From the human T2T-CHM13v2.0 reference genome, Homo sapiens: a stretch of 64,000 nt of DNA. A program made the translations under genes and the position numbers. The DNA lies in NCBI RefSeq assembly GCF_009914755.1, contig NC_060933.1, one strand, 5' to 3'. The notes beneath the pieces are model-generated. The model did no database searches. It was not told where the DNA came from and worked only from the letters and a program-made list of their open reading frames with translations. Shown piece after piece: positions 27,941 through 43,334 of this stretch (within the stretch, counting starts at the first letter, position 1; each line of letters begins with the position of its first letter).

Positions 27941-28631
27941 ACTGCAACAAAGGTCCGCATTGCTTCTTTGTCCATAATTCAACACACTAACAAATTTTAA
28001 GATTCTGCTATAAACCCTAAAAGGAGACTTACTTATTCCGCTCCATAGGTCCTCAGGACTTCTGGTCAAAGACATCTTGGACTTGATCATCGCGGACATT
28101 TCCAACACATCAGTCAACTCTTAAACAGGTTTTGGTATGTAGAATTCTTGCCACATACTTGGGTAGACTGTATCACCAACATCTTGCAATTAATAATACA
28201 AAGCAACAAAAGAGACACAGTCCTTCGATCTCTCACTATTAATGCTCAGTAAAAAAACATCATAATTCTTGTTGATTCTCTCCCTACAAGACGTTCAAGC
28301 CACTATCCATTCTGTTGTATTTCTGGCATGTACATGTTGGCTTGAATATCTGAAGAAAATTCTTCTAATTTCTTCACACCTGAATTTATTATGGCCAGAA
28401 TTCTTTGGTCATGAAATTTTCATCCTATTGTTCCACGCAGGTCAAAATTCTTATTGGTTCTTGGCTCTTTATGCCCAGAGGCCCAAATCCAAATTTTCAT
28501 ACACTATGCTAGCCCCCACAAAGTTAATTTTTCAACTATCTGCTTTTCTTCTATCCAGGATATTCTGCCTTCTGCCCACAAATCAGTCTACTTCTCTACT
28601 CTTTCCCTCCTCTGTGTATGTTTTGCACATC

Positions 28632-28938
28632 TTTTTTTTTTTTTTTTCTTTTTAGGACATTGTCTTGCTCTGTCACCGAGGCTGGGGTGCAGTGGCACAA
28701 TTAGCTCATTGTAACCTCGAACTTCTGAGCCCAAGCAATCCTCCTGCCTCAGCCTCCCAAGTAGCTGGGACTACAAGTACATGCTATCACACCTGGCTGT
28801 TTTTTTAATTATTATTATTTTTAGTAAAGACAGAGTCTTACTATGTTGCCCAGGCTGGTCTTGAACTCCTGGCCTCAAACTCCTTCCCTCAGCCTCCCAA
28901 AGCATTGAGATTACAACCGTAAGCCACCATGTTCAGCC
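28632..28938 (-). mobile_element. Alu (AluJ-like)
   Basis: Full dimer with TSD atgttttgcacatctt at 28618-28633 and 28940-28955. Confidence 0.93.
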
Positions 28939-30899
28939 AATGTTTTGCACATCTTAAACTCACCCCAAATGTCCACTTCATCTTCAGCAACTTTGATATC
29001 TAGGCACAAGTCTCACCTTCTCCAGGAAGCTGTCAAAGAAAGCCACCTGGCTCTGGTATCTTCTCTTACAGATCACCTCAACACTTAAATCCTCAAATTC
29101 TAACATATACATTTCTACTTATTGGCATATAAATGTTGGTAAATGTACTACAATCATTTCATGCAAGGCAGCTGTTGTCTACAGTCCTCGAGGACAGGAA
29201 ACACATAAATGTCTCTAACTGTTGGGAGTAAGGACCTTGCACACATAAGTTACTCAGCCAATTTCACTAGTAACATTGGTATCAGACATACTGGGAATCC
29301 ATACCACGTCACAAGGTTTTCTAAAACAGTATTAAGAAACAACCGACTCCTCTGTGCATATCCATCCCAGTTACAGAAAACCAGGATAGCAAAAGGAACA
29401 GTTTAAACTGAGAGTAAGTCAAAGTTACTAACCTGGGTAAAAGTAATTCTGAAGGCTTCAAAGATCTATTCAGTTCCATACCAAAGTATAAGGTTCCAAA
29501 ACCTGTCAAATTTCTATTCAGGAAAGCAGGAAAATTGTTATCTGGCCAAAGAAAGCAGTATTACTTGCTATTTTAAAAAGAATCTCCAAAGCTCCAAGTT
29601 ATAAAGTCATTTAACTACTAAAGAAGAAATATGTAGAGGTTGTTTGTACATTTCTAAGAAACAGAGGTCACCTGGATGAACTTTCAACTGTAATGGTTAG
29701 CTGACATGGTTCTCTGTCCAGATTTTGGGTTCTAAAATTAAGGTGAGTTTGAGTGCAAGTATTTTTGAAGATTCTAGGCTGTTTCCAGGTCTTACACTGG
29801 TTAGACCATTTTTTCTTCTGGTGTCTAGCAAATGGCTAAAAGACCTGTTTGTATCTCAGATGTTGGAGAAACCGTTCAGGAACAATTCATCTCTGCAAGG
29901 CTATGAGTCATAACACATTGCCACGGTCAGGGAGACCTCTGTTAATCAAGGAAGCGCTAGCCACACATTCACTCAAGCTGTCTTAGAGAAGCTGGCCTCA
30001 GTGCCCACTGTTCTTTTTCCACAGATCATCAGTCATCTCTACAAAAGAGAAAATGTCCAACTTCCTCACTGGGTGGACAGCCTCCTGCTAGGCCTGCATC
30101 CTGGTTTCCTTTCTGCTGAGTTGCTGATTTTCCTAGAGGTGCACAATAGCTACCAAAAGGAAAGTCTCCTACTTCGTCATGAAAAGAAAGCAAGGAGATC
30201 CACTTAACGCCCCTCTGTAATAAAATTAGGATATAAAAAGGCAGGAAACACAGAGGTATCTGACCTCCTTTCACGTACTCTTTCTTCTTTCGCTTACCCT
30301 TACATTTGGTGTATAATCTACAAAGTCAGGGAAATTCACCAAGTCCCGACATAGCTACATGCTGTATATATTTGCACCAGCTCTTCAAATACAAGACCTA
30401 AAACTTGGTTAATTTCTTTTTCCTAGGTCAGAAATCAACAGATAAGCCTTTACAGATTTTTGAATCATTTCCTCTTCCTCAAACTATGGCACATGACAGG
30501 ATAGGGAAGGTGTAGAGGAAATTCCAGGGGAATAAATTGACCTACAAATGTTATCAAATTTTATCACTGAGTGATGGATGAAATTCTCAGGTGATTCACT
30601 GCCAGGGTGGTATTTGGTGCTAAAGTGAGGGAACTGAAAATTTAACTGAGCTAGCTGGCTTCACTTTGTCTTTAATCTGAGTAATGATTGCGAGATTTTA
30701 CATGGGCAAAATATTACATTTCCTTCCAGATGACCTCAATATGCAATTCTCATTGAAATACTTTTTCAGACCTACACATATACCTGAAGGCTGTCAGGAA
30801 ACACACATTTGTTCCACAAAAGGCAGAGAGAAGGATAGGCAAAACTTGGAATAGCCACTTAGCTTTTGTTTAATATGAAATCTTTCTCAGAAAAGCTAA

Positions 30900-31544
<645 letters not shown>

Positions 31545-32289
31545 AATAAATATACTCTTAACCTAACTCCAGGGGCAGAAGAATAAAGACCTTTTGCCGA
31601 TAAAGTAAGCAAAGGTATTTTTTCATGTATCATAGAAGTAATACTATTTCACCAAAACAAGCACAAGGCCATCACACTAAAGGATTTGTGTACTTGTGTG
31701 TCTGTGCCAGCCAATAATACATTAAAACATTCATTTAAAATTCCATCAAAAGTGCTCTCCGTAAAAATCTCATTATGATACTTATAATACTAATGCAAAT
31801 ATATACAACAGAATCAAAAATTTATGTGAAACCTACTTTTATTTGTTTGAATCAAGCGATTAATCTATTGATCTATTTTACCTATTAATCTATTGTATAC
31901 ACATGTGAATACACACAAACATAATTTGAAGAAAGCTTCACACGCATTACCCTCCTCAATATTAATATTTTTTCTTTCCTTGAAGTGATGAGGAAATGAA
32001 ATCCTTAAAAGGGTGTTTGATCATCAAATTACTGATGAAATTATTCTATTCTGTCAAATAGAAGGACTGAGTACTTTTAAAAATCATGCTATTTCAACAT
32101 GTGGTAAATAAAATTCTGAGCAATTTAAAAAGTTATTGTTACTGAGGACACTAAAATATCATGAGTCATAATAATCCTCAAGCCAATAACTCACAATCAA
32201 ACTGATGAGAGCTTGTTTCTGCCTCCGTGGCATAACCTGTAAAATGGGATAATGCTGACACACAGCAGTCCTAAAGACCAATAAAGGTA

Positions 32290-32320
32290 ACACACGCGCA
32301 CACACACACACACACACACA
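32290..32320. repeat. (CA)n microsatellite
   Basis: Direct reading. Confidence 0.9.
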
Positions 32321-32667
32321 AATAGAACCTGAGCACAATGTAATTAAATAAACAACCAACTGAACTAACTTGTTGCATGATGACAAAGGCACATCTAATA
32401 AAACTACTTTGTTGTTTTACTTTATACATTTATTTGCGAGGTTAGTATGTGGACAAACACATCTTTTATGTACACTATAAAACTTTGATGTTTTAAGGGG
32501 TTTCTATAAAAAACTAGTAAGAATCTTTTTGATATAAAAGTATCATTTTTCATCAAATAAAACAATCATCTCAACCATCAATTAGTTGTTTTACTGGAGA
32601 AGGGTAGCACTGGCATAAAGCATAACTTTCTTCATACAAAATAAACTTTTAAAAAATAATGAGATAT

Positions 32668-32977
32668 GGCTGGGCGTGGTGGCTCATGCCTGAAATCCAA
32701 ACACTTTGGGAGGCTGAGGGGGGAAGATCACTTGAGGCCAGGATTTCGAGACCAGCCTGGCCAACATGGTGAAACCCGTCTCCACTAAAAATAGAAAAAT
32801 TAGCTGGGTATTTTGGCGCATGTTTGTAATCCCAGCTACTTGGGAGGCTGAGACATGAGAATCGCTTGAACCTGCAGAGGTTGCAGGGAGCTGAGATCAC
32901 ACCAGTGCACTCCAGCCTGGGTGACAGAATGAGACTCTGTCTCAAATGAAATAAAAAAGAAAAGAAAAGAAAAACAT
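32668..32977 (+). mobile_element. Alu (AluS/J)
   Basis: ggctgggcgtggtggctcatgcctg...gagactctgtctc plus A-rich tail. TSD-like aataatga(g/a)ata. Confidence 0.92.
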
Positions 32978-33096
32978 AATAATGAAATAAAGTGTTCATG
33001 CAAATGAAAGGTATAGAATGTTATTTATTACTATTTTCCCCTCAAAATGTGAAAACTTTATTAAAGTAAATAGCTTTTATGAAGACACGGGTCTAA

Positions 33097-33417
<321 letters not shown>

Positions 33418-36400
33418 GAAAAGGTTCTTAATAAATAAGAAATTTCTCTAGTACAACGAAACACAGAGGGGTACAGGACCAGGAAGAAAACTAGACTCTT
33501 CTTTGAAAGATGCTAGTTTCATTCAGAGTTGTACATGAGTCCATAGTCGGGAAGGACCGTAGGTTGAAGACTGACACACAACTCAGAAGAGAGAAGGGCA
33601 GTCATGGGCCTGGGGATTAGAGCTACAGGTGAAATACTATGAATGATGAACTAGGGAGTTTCTTAATGGAACTTCCTATGGATTAGCAAATTCATGGGGT
33701 TCAAAACATTAGGCTGTTATTCCACCCTACGCTCGTGTTTATGCCCTATGAGATTAAATGTTAGCTTCCGTGAAGGCCCAAAACTAATTTCTTTTCAAAA
33801 ATATTAGCAAGAATATTATTAGCCAGATAAGCAGGAATCACCTATACGTGTGGCTATCTCCTGCAACTTTCTTCTCTGAGATGGCAGGATGTCACAGTTT
33901 TCCAGTGGAAATCTGAACCACCAAAGTCCTTTCTACACCCTGGTCCAACCCTTCAGTGAAGCACCACCAGCCAGCAAGGCAGGTTCACCTGATTACTCAA
34001 GATTCGTCTGGTTTCAAGGGATGAAATACTTCTATTGTCTCCAGACCATGCAGCCTGAGAGTTACTAGGTTTCAAACCAAATTTTCATGTTCCTTCTGTG
34101 CAAAGAATAAATGTACTCTCTACCATTCAAAGAGGATAGCTGCCAACACACCCCTGACTGGTCTGAGTGGCTGAAATTCCACTGGGAGGACAACAAAAGG
34201 AAGTGGGGCTTCAGTATGCAGAGCAGGGAGATCAGAATGATGAGCAAAAGCCAGAATCTTTTGTTATGTGTTTTTCACCCAATGCTGACATCTAATTGTT
34301 TAGATTTTTTTTTAAAAAGGGGGGAAAAATACTGGTAATAAAGGAGAGGTTCTGAAAAAGCAGCTCTGTACTAGCAATCTGTTATCTGTATCATAAACTT
34401 TCTTTCCTCTCTTATTTATCTTTCAGATGTTTACAGTTGACATGCAAATTTCAGTTGTCCTCCCACCAACAGGTGAGCACATTTGTTTCTTTTTTGAATT
34501 GTAATAATAACATTTTTCTTCTAAGGAGTCTTAATTTCTATAGTCACCAGGAACTGTTGTTAGCAAGGGATCCACGTCTCGATGATGACAGAATTGAAAA
34601 ACAAACAAACAAACAAAAAAACACTTTCACATGGAGAGAGAAATAAGTAGTTGTCAACAAAACCATTTCTTTCTTCATTGCTAATGGCAATCACTGGATA
34701 AGCAGATCATCTTGATTTTAAAAATTCCAATTATTGAACTCCAAACCACCACATTGATTACTGATTCCAGATATATATTCTGGTTTCTGGAACCAGCAAA
34801 ACTGTCTGGCAGTTACACTGACCCAGAAGGGAACAGACGGGAGGAAAGAGAACTCCCTTTAATGCACAGCTATCAGTACTGTTGGCTATTTACATAATTC
34901 TTGCATCAATAGGACCACTGAACAAGTGTTAATATTGCAAGTGGAAGCAACATCCAGAGGGAATTCAACATCATTAGCTGCATGGAGCAGAGCATGGAGA
35001 TCCGAGAGGGAATCATGTCAGCTCCAAGAAGCCAATAGTCTGTGGCTGTCAGTGTCTGAAATGGAGCCGCTTCAAAGCCGACTGGGCTGTGACCTGAACA
35101 CTGCATCCCTGCGCCCGGTGAGAAGAGGATCAATGACTGTGTTTGCTGGGCTCCAGTCATCCCCTTGGCTAATGAAAGCTGTGCTGAAAGGAATGCTACG
35201 GGGCCTCTGGGCAGCCTGCAGCCTGGCATTAGCGGAGCTTGGCTGGTGAATGCACCCGGCACCAAAGCCTCCCTCACCCTCACCCGCCCTCTTCCCTGTT
35301 CTATCCCACCAACTCCCCTCTGGCTGTCTGTTTAGTGTCACTCAGTTGGGATGGATCCCGTTAAAGATCTGACGCTTAGTGAGGACTCGGAGGTGTCTGG
35401 AACGTCTGTCTCTAATCATAAACACCACAGCTGGCAATGATGTGGTCGAAAAAAAATCACCTTGATCCAGTACACATTCTCTTTGATGTCTCTGCAGTGA
35501 GTTCACTGCCCAGAGAAAAAGGTACAATTTGAAAAAAAAAAAAAATTTAAAAAAAAACTCTGAAAAAAAAAATCAAGCTTGACATTCTCAAATCATAACC
35601 ATATGACTTTCAATTCCATGCTAAAAAAAAGATATATATATATATACATCTCATTGCATTATGTTCTAAGAAATTCAGAAAAGAGGCATCTGACAATTGT
35701 AACATGAAACAGGTTTGGAAGATAATGGCAGTTTGAGAGGAAAACACTTCCAAAAGGGAAAAAAAAAAAAAAGTCAGACTGCCACTACCATAAAAGGAAG
35801 AAGTCTTCTGCCAAAGATTGCAAACTGCAGTGACCTTAAGTAAGAGACTGTAGCTGATTCAAGGGAAAATGAAAACTTTTCAAAGACAACACTGCTTGAG
35901 CTGAGCCACTGTTTCTAAGTGCCTTATGCCCTCTTGCCTTTCGGGTGGCCTGGTAAACACACAGCCTAACTGTGCTTCCAGCCCCAGGCCGCAGGGTTCT
36001 AATGAATATTCAGCCACATTAACATGCATTTTCTTTGTGTTGTTCTTGGTTTGTTTGTTTTTTTTCAGTCCTACCAAGATGGGGCTGGTGTAGATAACGT
36101 TCTTGTGATGCCGCCTCAGGTATCAGAACTCTGAGAAGCGTTTGCAAGTTAAATGCTAAGATTCCCCAATGATTATGCGGAAACTTAAAAAAAAAAAAAC
36201 TAACCACACTAACCTAAAGAAGCGAGTTTACAGTGGATAACAGTTATGCAGCTGTCAAGATAACTCATGAGACCTTCTATACCAACTGAGATAAATATCA
36301 CTTATGTATCATCAATGTCCAAATTACATACATAGGTACCCAGAAACCCCCCCAATACAGGGTGAGAACTCAAAGAGTCTTTATTTCTATCCCAAAGCGG

Positions 36401-37962
36401 GTTCTTTCTAGTACACACAGTCTAAATATACAAACAAGCACACAAAACAAACTCAGTTAAATGTGTGCTTCTTTTTTTTTCTTTTTTCATCTTAAAATCC
36501 AAAGTCATTTGAAAAATCTCTTAAGACTAATAGGAGACTAATTATTAATTTATAGTTTTATCTTAATAAAAAAGTGAATAAAAAGGTGTTTTAATCCAGA
36601 TAGTTTTAAAATTTGTCGTATTAAAAGCATCTCTTATGCTTATTCCAAATGTAGTAAAATAATCAGGTGATTCTAACTCTAAATGAGGTAAACGTTAATT
36701 AGATGTTTCTGGTTTCTTTGATTGTGAGCAAAATAGCAAAAGGCTTTAAACTGGTCAGCTGCACTGTGACACAACCAATGTTTAAGAAATCACTCTGTAA
36801 ACGGCATCCAGGAATGCAGCACCAACACTTGCAGTAACAATATCCAGACGAAGCCAAAAAGTTTGGATACTGCTGTGTTGTTCTAAACTGACTGAGGTTT
36901 TGAGGACTAACAACATTCCCCCATAATGATGGTGGTGTCTTTAGATTGAGATAAGATTCAAATTTATTGAGGGTTATTTACTGTTGTGTATAAGGTTCTG
37001 TGTGTTGAGGAGGGAAGTAGCCAGTTGGAGGAGGGCAACTTGGCTGGGCTCACAGCTGAGAAACCTCAGGAGCTTGCATATCCCTATAAGGTAATTTCTT
37101 TCCTTTTTTAACATAGGCAAGGTAATTAAATGTTAGTCAATCTTAACAGACTGAAAGGCAAGGATATGCTACTATATACTGAAATACTGGCATTCACTGC
37201 AATATTTGCCTTACAGTATTAAGGCTTTAGTGGTATCTCATTAAATAAATAAAGCTCTACAAAATGTTTTAGCCCAATTCTGATCATGAGTATGTGTTTT
37301 AAACAGTATTGCTTGCCAGAAAGAAGGGGCAGTGGGAGGGTAATTCCTATATGCTGTAATTTACCTGACAAATTAATTGCAAACACACACACACGTACAC
37401 AAGTGCACACAAACTTAAGTAAATGTACAAACCTGACCTGGTGTCCTATGATGCAAAGCATTACATTTACAAGAGCATAAAGTTCATTAGTTTACTTCCT
37501 TCCTCCAAAGCTTAAAGGAGACAAAAAAATCATATCATTCATTTCATTTTTGAAAGGAAATATGCCTGGGGTGTTTATATAAACACAGTAAATTGTAGGT
37601 TCCATGTAACCATATACATTTTTATTTCTAAAGCAGGGTGGACAAGTCATAGGGTCCTGAGTTTTCTAAGATGATTAATATACTAGATAATTGCAGAATT
37701 CTCAGCCATACTTCAGATGTGTAAACCAATCCGAAATGGTACTTGGCACAAATATCTCATGCCAGGGTTTCTACCAAATCCCTTAAAACTTACTGGTCTC
37801 GAAGGAACACAGACTGGTTATTGGGCCTACCAGTTGCATCTTGAGAGTGAAATCTGGAAAGAAGGGACAATAGATGTGTGTATTCATTTTCTATTATATA
37901 TACTTCGGTGTAGCTTGAATTATTTATAAAAATATAATAATGAAAATTAAATTTAAAAATAT

Positions 37963-38272
37963 GGCTGAACGTGGTTGCTCATGCATGTAATCCTAGTACT
38001 TTGGGAGGCCAAGGCGGGAGGATCACTTAGCCCAGGAGTTCAAGACCAGCCTGGGCAACATAGGGAGACCCTGTCTCTATTAAACATAAAAAATACAAAA
38101 TTAGCTGGGCATGGCGGTGTGCACCTGTGGTCCCAGCTACTCAGTAGGCTGAGGTGGGAGGATTGCAAAAACCCAGGAGGTCAAGGCTGTACTGAGTACT
38201 CCACTGCACTCCAGCCAGTGTAATAGGGCGAAACCATATCTTTAAAAATAATAATAATAAAATAAAAATAGA
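37963..38272 (+). mobile_element. Alu (AluJ-like)
   Basis: Full dimer with gggaggatcacttagcccagg and an AAT-rich tail. Confidence 0.9.
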
Positions 38273-38395
38273 AAACATGCCTTTTAGGTATAAAGGGCAA
38301 ATGCCCCCACCTTACTATTATTAATCATATTCTACTAAAGTCTCTGTTACATGAGATTTGGGATGTACAGGTGCAAAAGTCATATATATATATAT

Positions 38396-38716
38396 TTTTT
38401 GTTGTTGTTGTTGTTGTTTGTTTGTTTTTTGTTTTTTGTTTTGTTTTTGAGACAGAGTCTTGCTGGAGTGCAGTAGCACCGTCTTGGCTCACTGCAACCT
38501 CTGTCTCCCGGGTTCACGTGATTCTCCTGCCTCAGCCTCCTGAGTAGCTGGGACTACAGGTGCCCACCACCATGCCTGGCTAATGTTTGTATTTTTGGTA
38601 GGGACAGGGTTTCATCATGTTGGTCAGGCTGGTCCCGATCTCCTGACCTCAGGCAATCCACCTGCCTCGGCCTCCCCAAGTGCAGGGATTACAGGCGTGA
38701 GCCACTGAGCCCGGCC
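38396..38716 (-). mobile_element. Alu (AluS-like) with (TTG)n tail
   Basis: Dimer with a small deletion after gagtcttgc. TSD aaagtcatat on both sides. Confidence 0.92.
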
Positions 38717-39459
38717 CTAAAGTCATATTTTAATAAAACCAGAAAACAAATGTCTTTATCATATAGTTTGGTGAGTCAAACAAACAAACAAAAAGCAAGT
38801 GTGTTATCAGCATGTCTCTATGCTGAGAAGAGAAGGTGTGCTTGCCAGAATTGTCAGATTAATTTTTAGAAAGAGACAGAGGTAAGCACTGTGCTTCGTT
38901 TTCTTTTAAACAGGGATGAATGCCTCCTTTACTGGCCCTACCTTCTCAGCTGTCATTAAAATATAACCCAGTAGTGTCTAGGGACTGTGTCTCTGGGAGG
39001 TGTGACCTTCATTTGCATGATAAATCCCAGTGCATTCCATTAGCAATAGAGGGGAGGGATAGGTATGAGGGGGTGATTCTTACAGAAGAAATTTTGTCTA
39101 GAGCTGGAAAGAGGAGTAGCCCTAGTTGAATGGATCAAGGGCCAGAGACAAGGATTCTGAAAATTCTAACGTAAAGTCCCAAAAGATAGGAATTGGAGCT
39201 TTTATCTCAAATCAACCTTAGCAGATTTAGGAGATAACCTCTTCGGATGTAGAGATGTGTTCCTTTGGACAGGTAGAGACAACCCTCACTTCTGGGAGAG
39301 TTTCTCATTTTGTAGTGGCGAATGAGCCCTAGTGGCAGTGGGTGGACTTCAAAGGCAGCACACTAGTTAGACCTGGGGCTGCTGCTGATCAAGTGAAACA
39401 TGAGGTTAGACGGAAAGGCTGTCCAAGGCTGCCATGCTGTTAGCAGACAATGACAACAA

Positions 39460-39650
39460 AAATAGCTGCTACTTGTGGAGTTCTCATTAGGTACTAAGCA
39501 CTTAACTACCATTTTCTCCAGTTTTTTCTACAACCCTGTAAGGTAGACATTATCATTTCTATTTCACAGAAGAGAAAAGTGAGGTTCATGGAGGTTAAGT
39601 AATTTGCTCAAGTCATACAACTGGCAAGAGAAAGAATCAGACTTTGAAAC
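39460..39650 (-). mobile_element. MIR SINE
   Basis: caaccctgtaaggtagacattatcatttctatttcacagaagagaaaagtgagg...aggttaagtaatttgctcaagtcataca. Confidence 0.8.
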
Positions 39651-42600
39651 AACACCAAAGACTGTGTTTGGCCTCCTTCCAGGTAGAACTAAAGGAGTTA
39701 TGTTCCAGTGGAGGACAGATGACCATACCCACGAGACAGTCAACAGACACTGGCAGGGACCAGTGCCATAGTTCCTGGGACCAAACATGGCAAGGCCCAG
39801 AATCCAAGGACCAAATCAAATTATCTTTAAGAATCCTTCTTGAGAAACTCTAATGGGCAGATACCGACACATTTTGGCTACCATAATCTGACTTCTGCAG
39901 GATGATGTCTGCTCCCTTCTCTTCCAGCTAAATGCACACGCACAGTAGTTCCAGGAGGCCTACGAGGAAACCTTTCCCGTGCTTCTTGATGGGACTCTCA
40001 GGCAAGAGTAAAACAATCATCTCACACTGCTGAACACCAACCCGACACTTGGGCTCTTCCAGCTTGAAGCATTCTTGTCATAAGGGTCACAGAAAAGGAA
40101 ACATCGAAGGTCAGTGCTTCATTATGTGAGTGATTTTGAGGGAAAGGGAGAGAAGCAAGAGAGAAAACCTTGAACAAGAAAGAAGCCAAAGATTCAAAAA
40201 GAAAAGCAGGAATGGTTAAGTACAAAATCGAGAAGGAAAGGAACTGGTGTAAGAACAATCTGAATGGAGAGCATGAGATTCCTATTCCTCTGCAATATTG
40301 CAGGTAGTTGCATGCACAGACATTTTTCACTACCTAAATCTGTCTTCTTCCTGTGTTTAGACAATGATAGCATAGATAGCAAGAGTTGGAGAGCAAGAGA
40401 TAGGACATTCTCTGAACAGCACATAAGAGAGTGTAGACCAAGGGAGACTCCTTTCATCCCAGCAGCCCAATCTAAGTAATTTATCTGAATCCATATCATT
40501 CCTGAGTACAGAGAGCTCAAGTTCACACAGTAAGGAGTAACTGTACTTTGTGATTCCAGGTTCCACTGTACCTGCATAAGCTATGGGCATATATGTTGTG
40601 TTACTATAAGTTTCTTATATCAGGCCACTTGAATGACTTTATAAATAAGAAATCCTGTCTTCAGTATGGCACAAGCATAGCTTTAAAAAAATTGCAAAGA
40701 AAAACAGAAATCCAAGGCAATTTTGAAGAATTTCCTCCAAGAATGACTGACTTGGGTCTTTCTCCAGACATACTAATATTAGTATTTTACTCCAGCTTCT
40801 CATCAATTTACATGGGTTTACTTCAATCCCAAGGGAACTGTGGGGCCATCCCCACACCATGGAGCAAGATATAAGAGGAACATACATCAGACAGGAGAAT
40901 CACTTAAAAAAGTGATAAAGAGACAGAATTTAGGCTTCTTAAAGATAAAGAATGGCTAGCCTGCCCTGGGAGTTTTCTAGAAAACTCAAGATATGACAGA
41001 TGTGGCCGACATATTTGGAAGAGACCAGGAAAGGTCTGCCAGAGGCTGCTTTTCAAAAGAAAGGAACAAAAATAGTGGAAGCTCTATCTCCCTCTACCTC
41101 CCCTGTCTGGTGCTCCGAATGTACCCACAACCCAACTGAAATCTTAAGTTAAATTTCCACCGGAAATAAAAGGTCTAAGTGGGAATGGGGACAATGTTGC
41201 TGATTTGGCAATGTGAGCAGCAATGTCATGACACTTCAGTGCTTTATGATATAACGTGTTAGCATGGCAGTATTCGTCATATACTGGCCATAAATAGGTA
41301 AAACGTGAATGGTTTACATCATTAGAGAAGAAAATATAATTTGCGCACATATACCTATTTCCTGCAGTATGAAAAGAGTAATGTACTCTTCTGAGGGAGG
41401 GGACGGGAATTAAAGACTCACCAATAATTCTTTCTATGTGTGTGCCTTTATGGTTTTTTGACATGTATTTTACGTTTTCCTTCCAGAGATTCTTTGTAAC
41501 GTGAGATTCCTTAAAAGTGCTACTTCCTACTAACAGTAGTCACCAACATTAAAACTCCATATCATGTTAAATTGGATTACTGAGTTCTAATTTTACCTTA
41601 AATGGAGCAGAGGGGGGTGTAACATTTTTTAAGCCACAGCAAGAAATCCATGGGATAGCTGCAACCGTTTTTAAATACTCATATTTTTGTATGAGTATTA
41701 GGCCTGTCTGTGACAATGTTCTTGGAAAAAATTAAAAAGCTCCCTTCCTCCAATAATATGCTCAACATCCTCTTTTGCCAGAGGCACTCACTCATTATAT
41801 AAATCAAACAAGCACACAGCACTAGACAAAAAGTGACTAGTAATGCCCAGCACATTCCTCTGCTTGAGCTGAGATGATTTTGGTGCATTGCATGCAGATG
41901 TCAGGTATTTTAATAAAGAGCTCCATTGTGCAGGCCCCACTACTCCTCCTTAGCTCCCAGCACTCCCTGAAAAGGGGGGCAGGAGGAGAGGGGAAGAGCA
42001 ACAGCCATTCCAGCTGGAGCTGGAACCTAGTCTGAGTCAGGAAAACCACAGCTCATAAGCAAAGAGGAAGCATAATGTTCTACAAGGACAAAACATTAGC
42101 AGAAATGTCACTCAGCCCCAGTTCCACATGTTGGCTGCCACGGCCTCTTCCTCCTAGCATGCCCGATTGATATAAATTCCATCTGCTCAGCAGCCAAGTG
42201 ACAGAGAAGAAATACCGGCATCTGGTCTCCATTGCTGTCGGGTTTTTGTTCCATGTAAGACCTTAGCTAGAGACATATGAAGAGATGAAGGTGCTGGCAA
42301 GCGACTAAAAGGCTGAACTGGCAAAAGGAGACTTTCTGATGCTTTTCACACTTCTCTTTAGATTTTTTACAGGGATGGGGGAGGGTGTGACTGAGACTTG
42401 ATAACCTGAACAGTGGGAGCCAAGAGGCCTGAAGGTCATTTCGTGTTTTTTAAGGTTTGAAGCTTTTTAAAAGAGTTTTAATGTTAAAAACGATAAAGCA
42501 CAACACTTATTCCCCCTTTCCATCCATTTAATGCAACAGAAGGCAACTAAGTCACAGAAGAATGTTCTTCAGCTATTTTTTCCCCCTTCTCTTAAACATC

Positions 42601-43005
42601 CACCGATTTGGACCTGCTCCACAGGCACTTTATATTCTCCTGAGGAGCAGCTGAAAAATGCCAAAAATCAAAACCACCACTCTGTTTTAACCCCCAGCTG
42701 TCCAGAAAAGTATAAAGTCATCTATCAAGCCTAAAACCATGATGGGAAAGAAAAGCCAGTCTAAGCCTCATAAAGAAAGCTGGATGCTCCAAGAGTTCAC
42801 TCCCACCAATCTCTCAGGTCATCATTTAATTATTCACTCAATCAGAAGACTGAGAACAGTGAAAATGAAACATGGAAGCAGAACTGGTGAGAGAAAACAC
42901 AGGTATCGAGTTTCAGTGTCTATTCGTGTGTTTTCAAAGCGGTATCAATGAAAATGGCTCTGTTCACAAACATAACACGGAAAGGGTTTTTAAAATAAAA
43001 CAACT

Positions 43006-43334
<329 letters not shown>

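Noticed and set aside
34906-35341. 107-125 aa ORFs over the CpG-retaining segment
   Set aside because: They rely on non-ATG starts, have no recognisable domain and no consistent exon boundaries, and are explained by locally higher GC.
40022-40887. Cluster of 70-127 aa ORFs and a + strand acceptor at 40360
   Set aside because: I recognise no protein similarity, the donors are weak, and the ORFs overlap on both strands as expected by chance.
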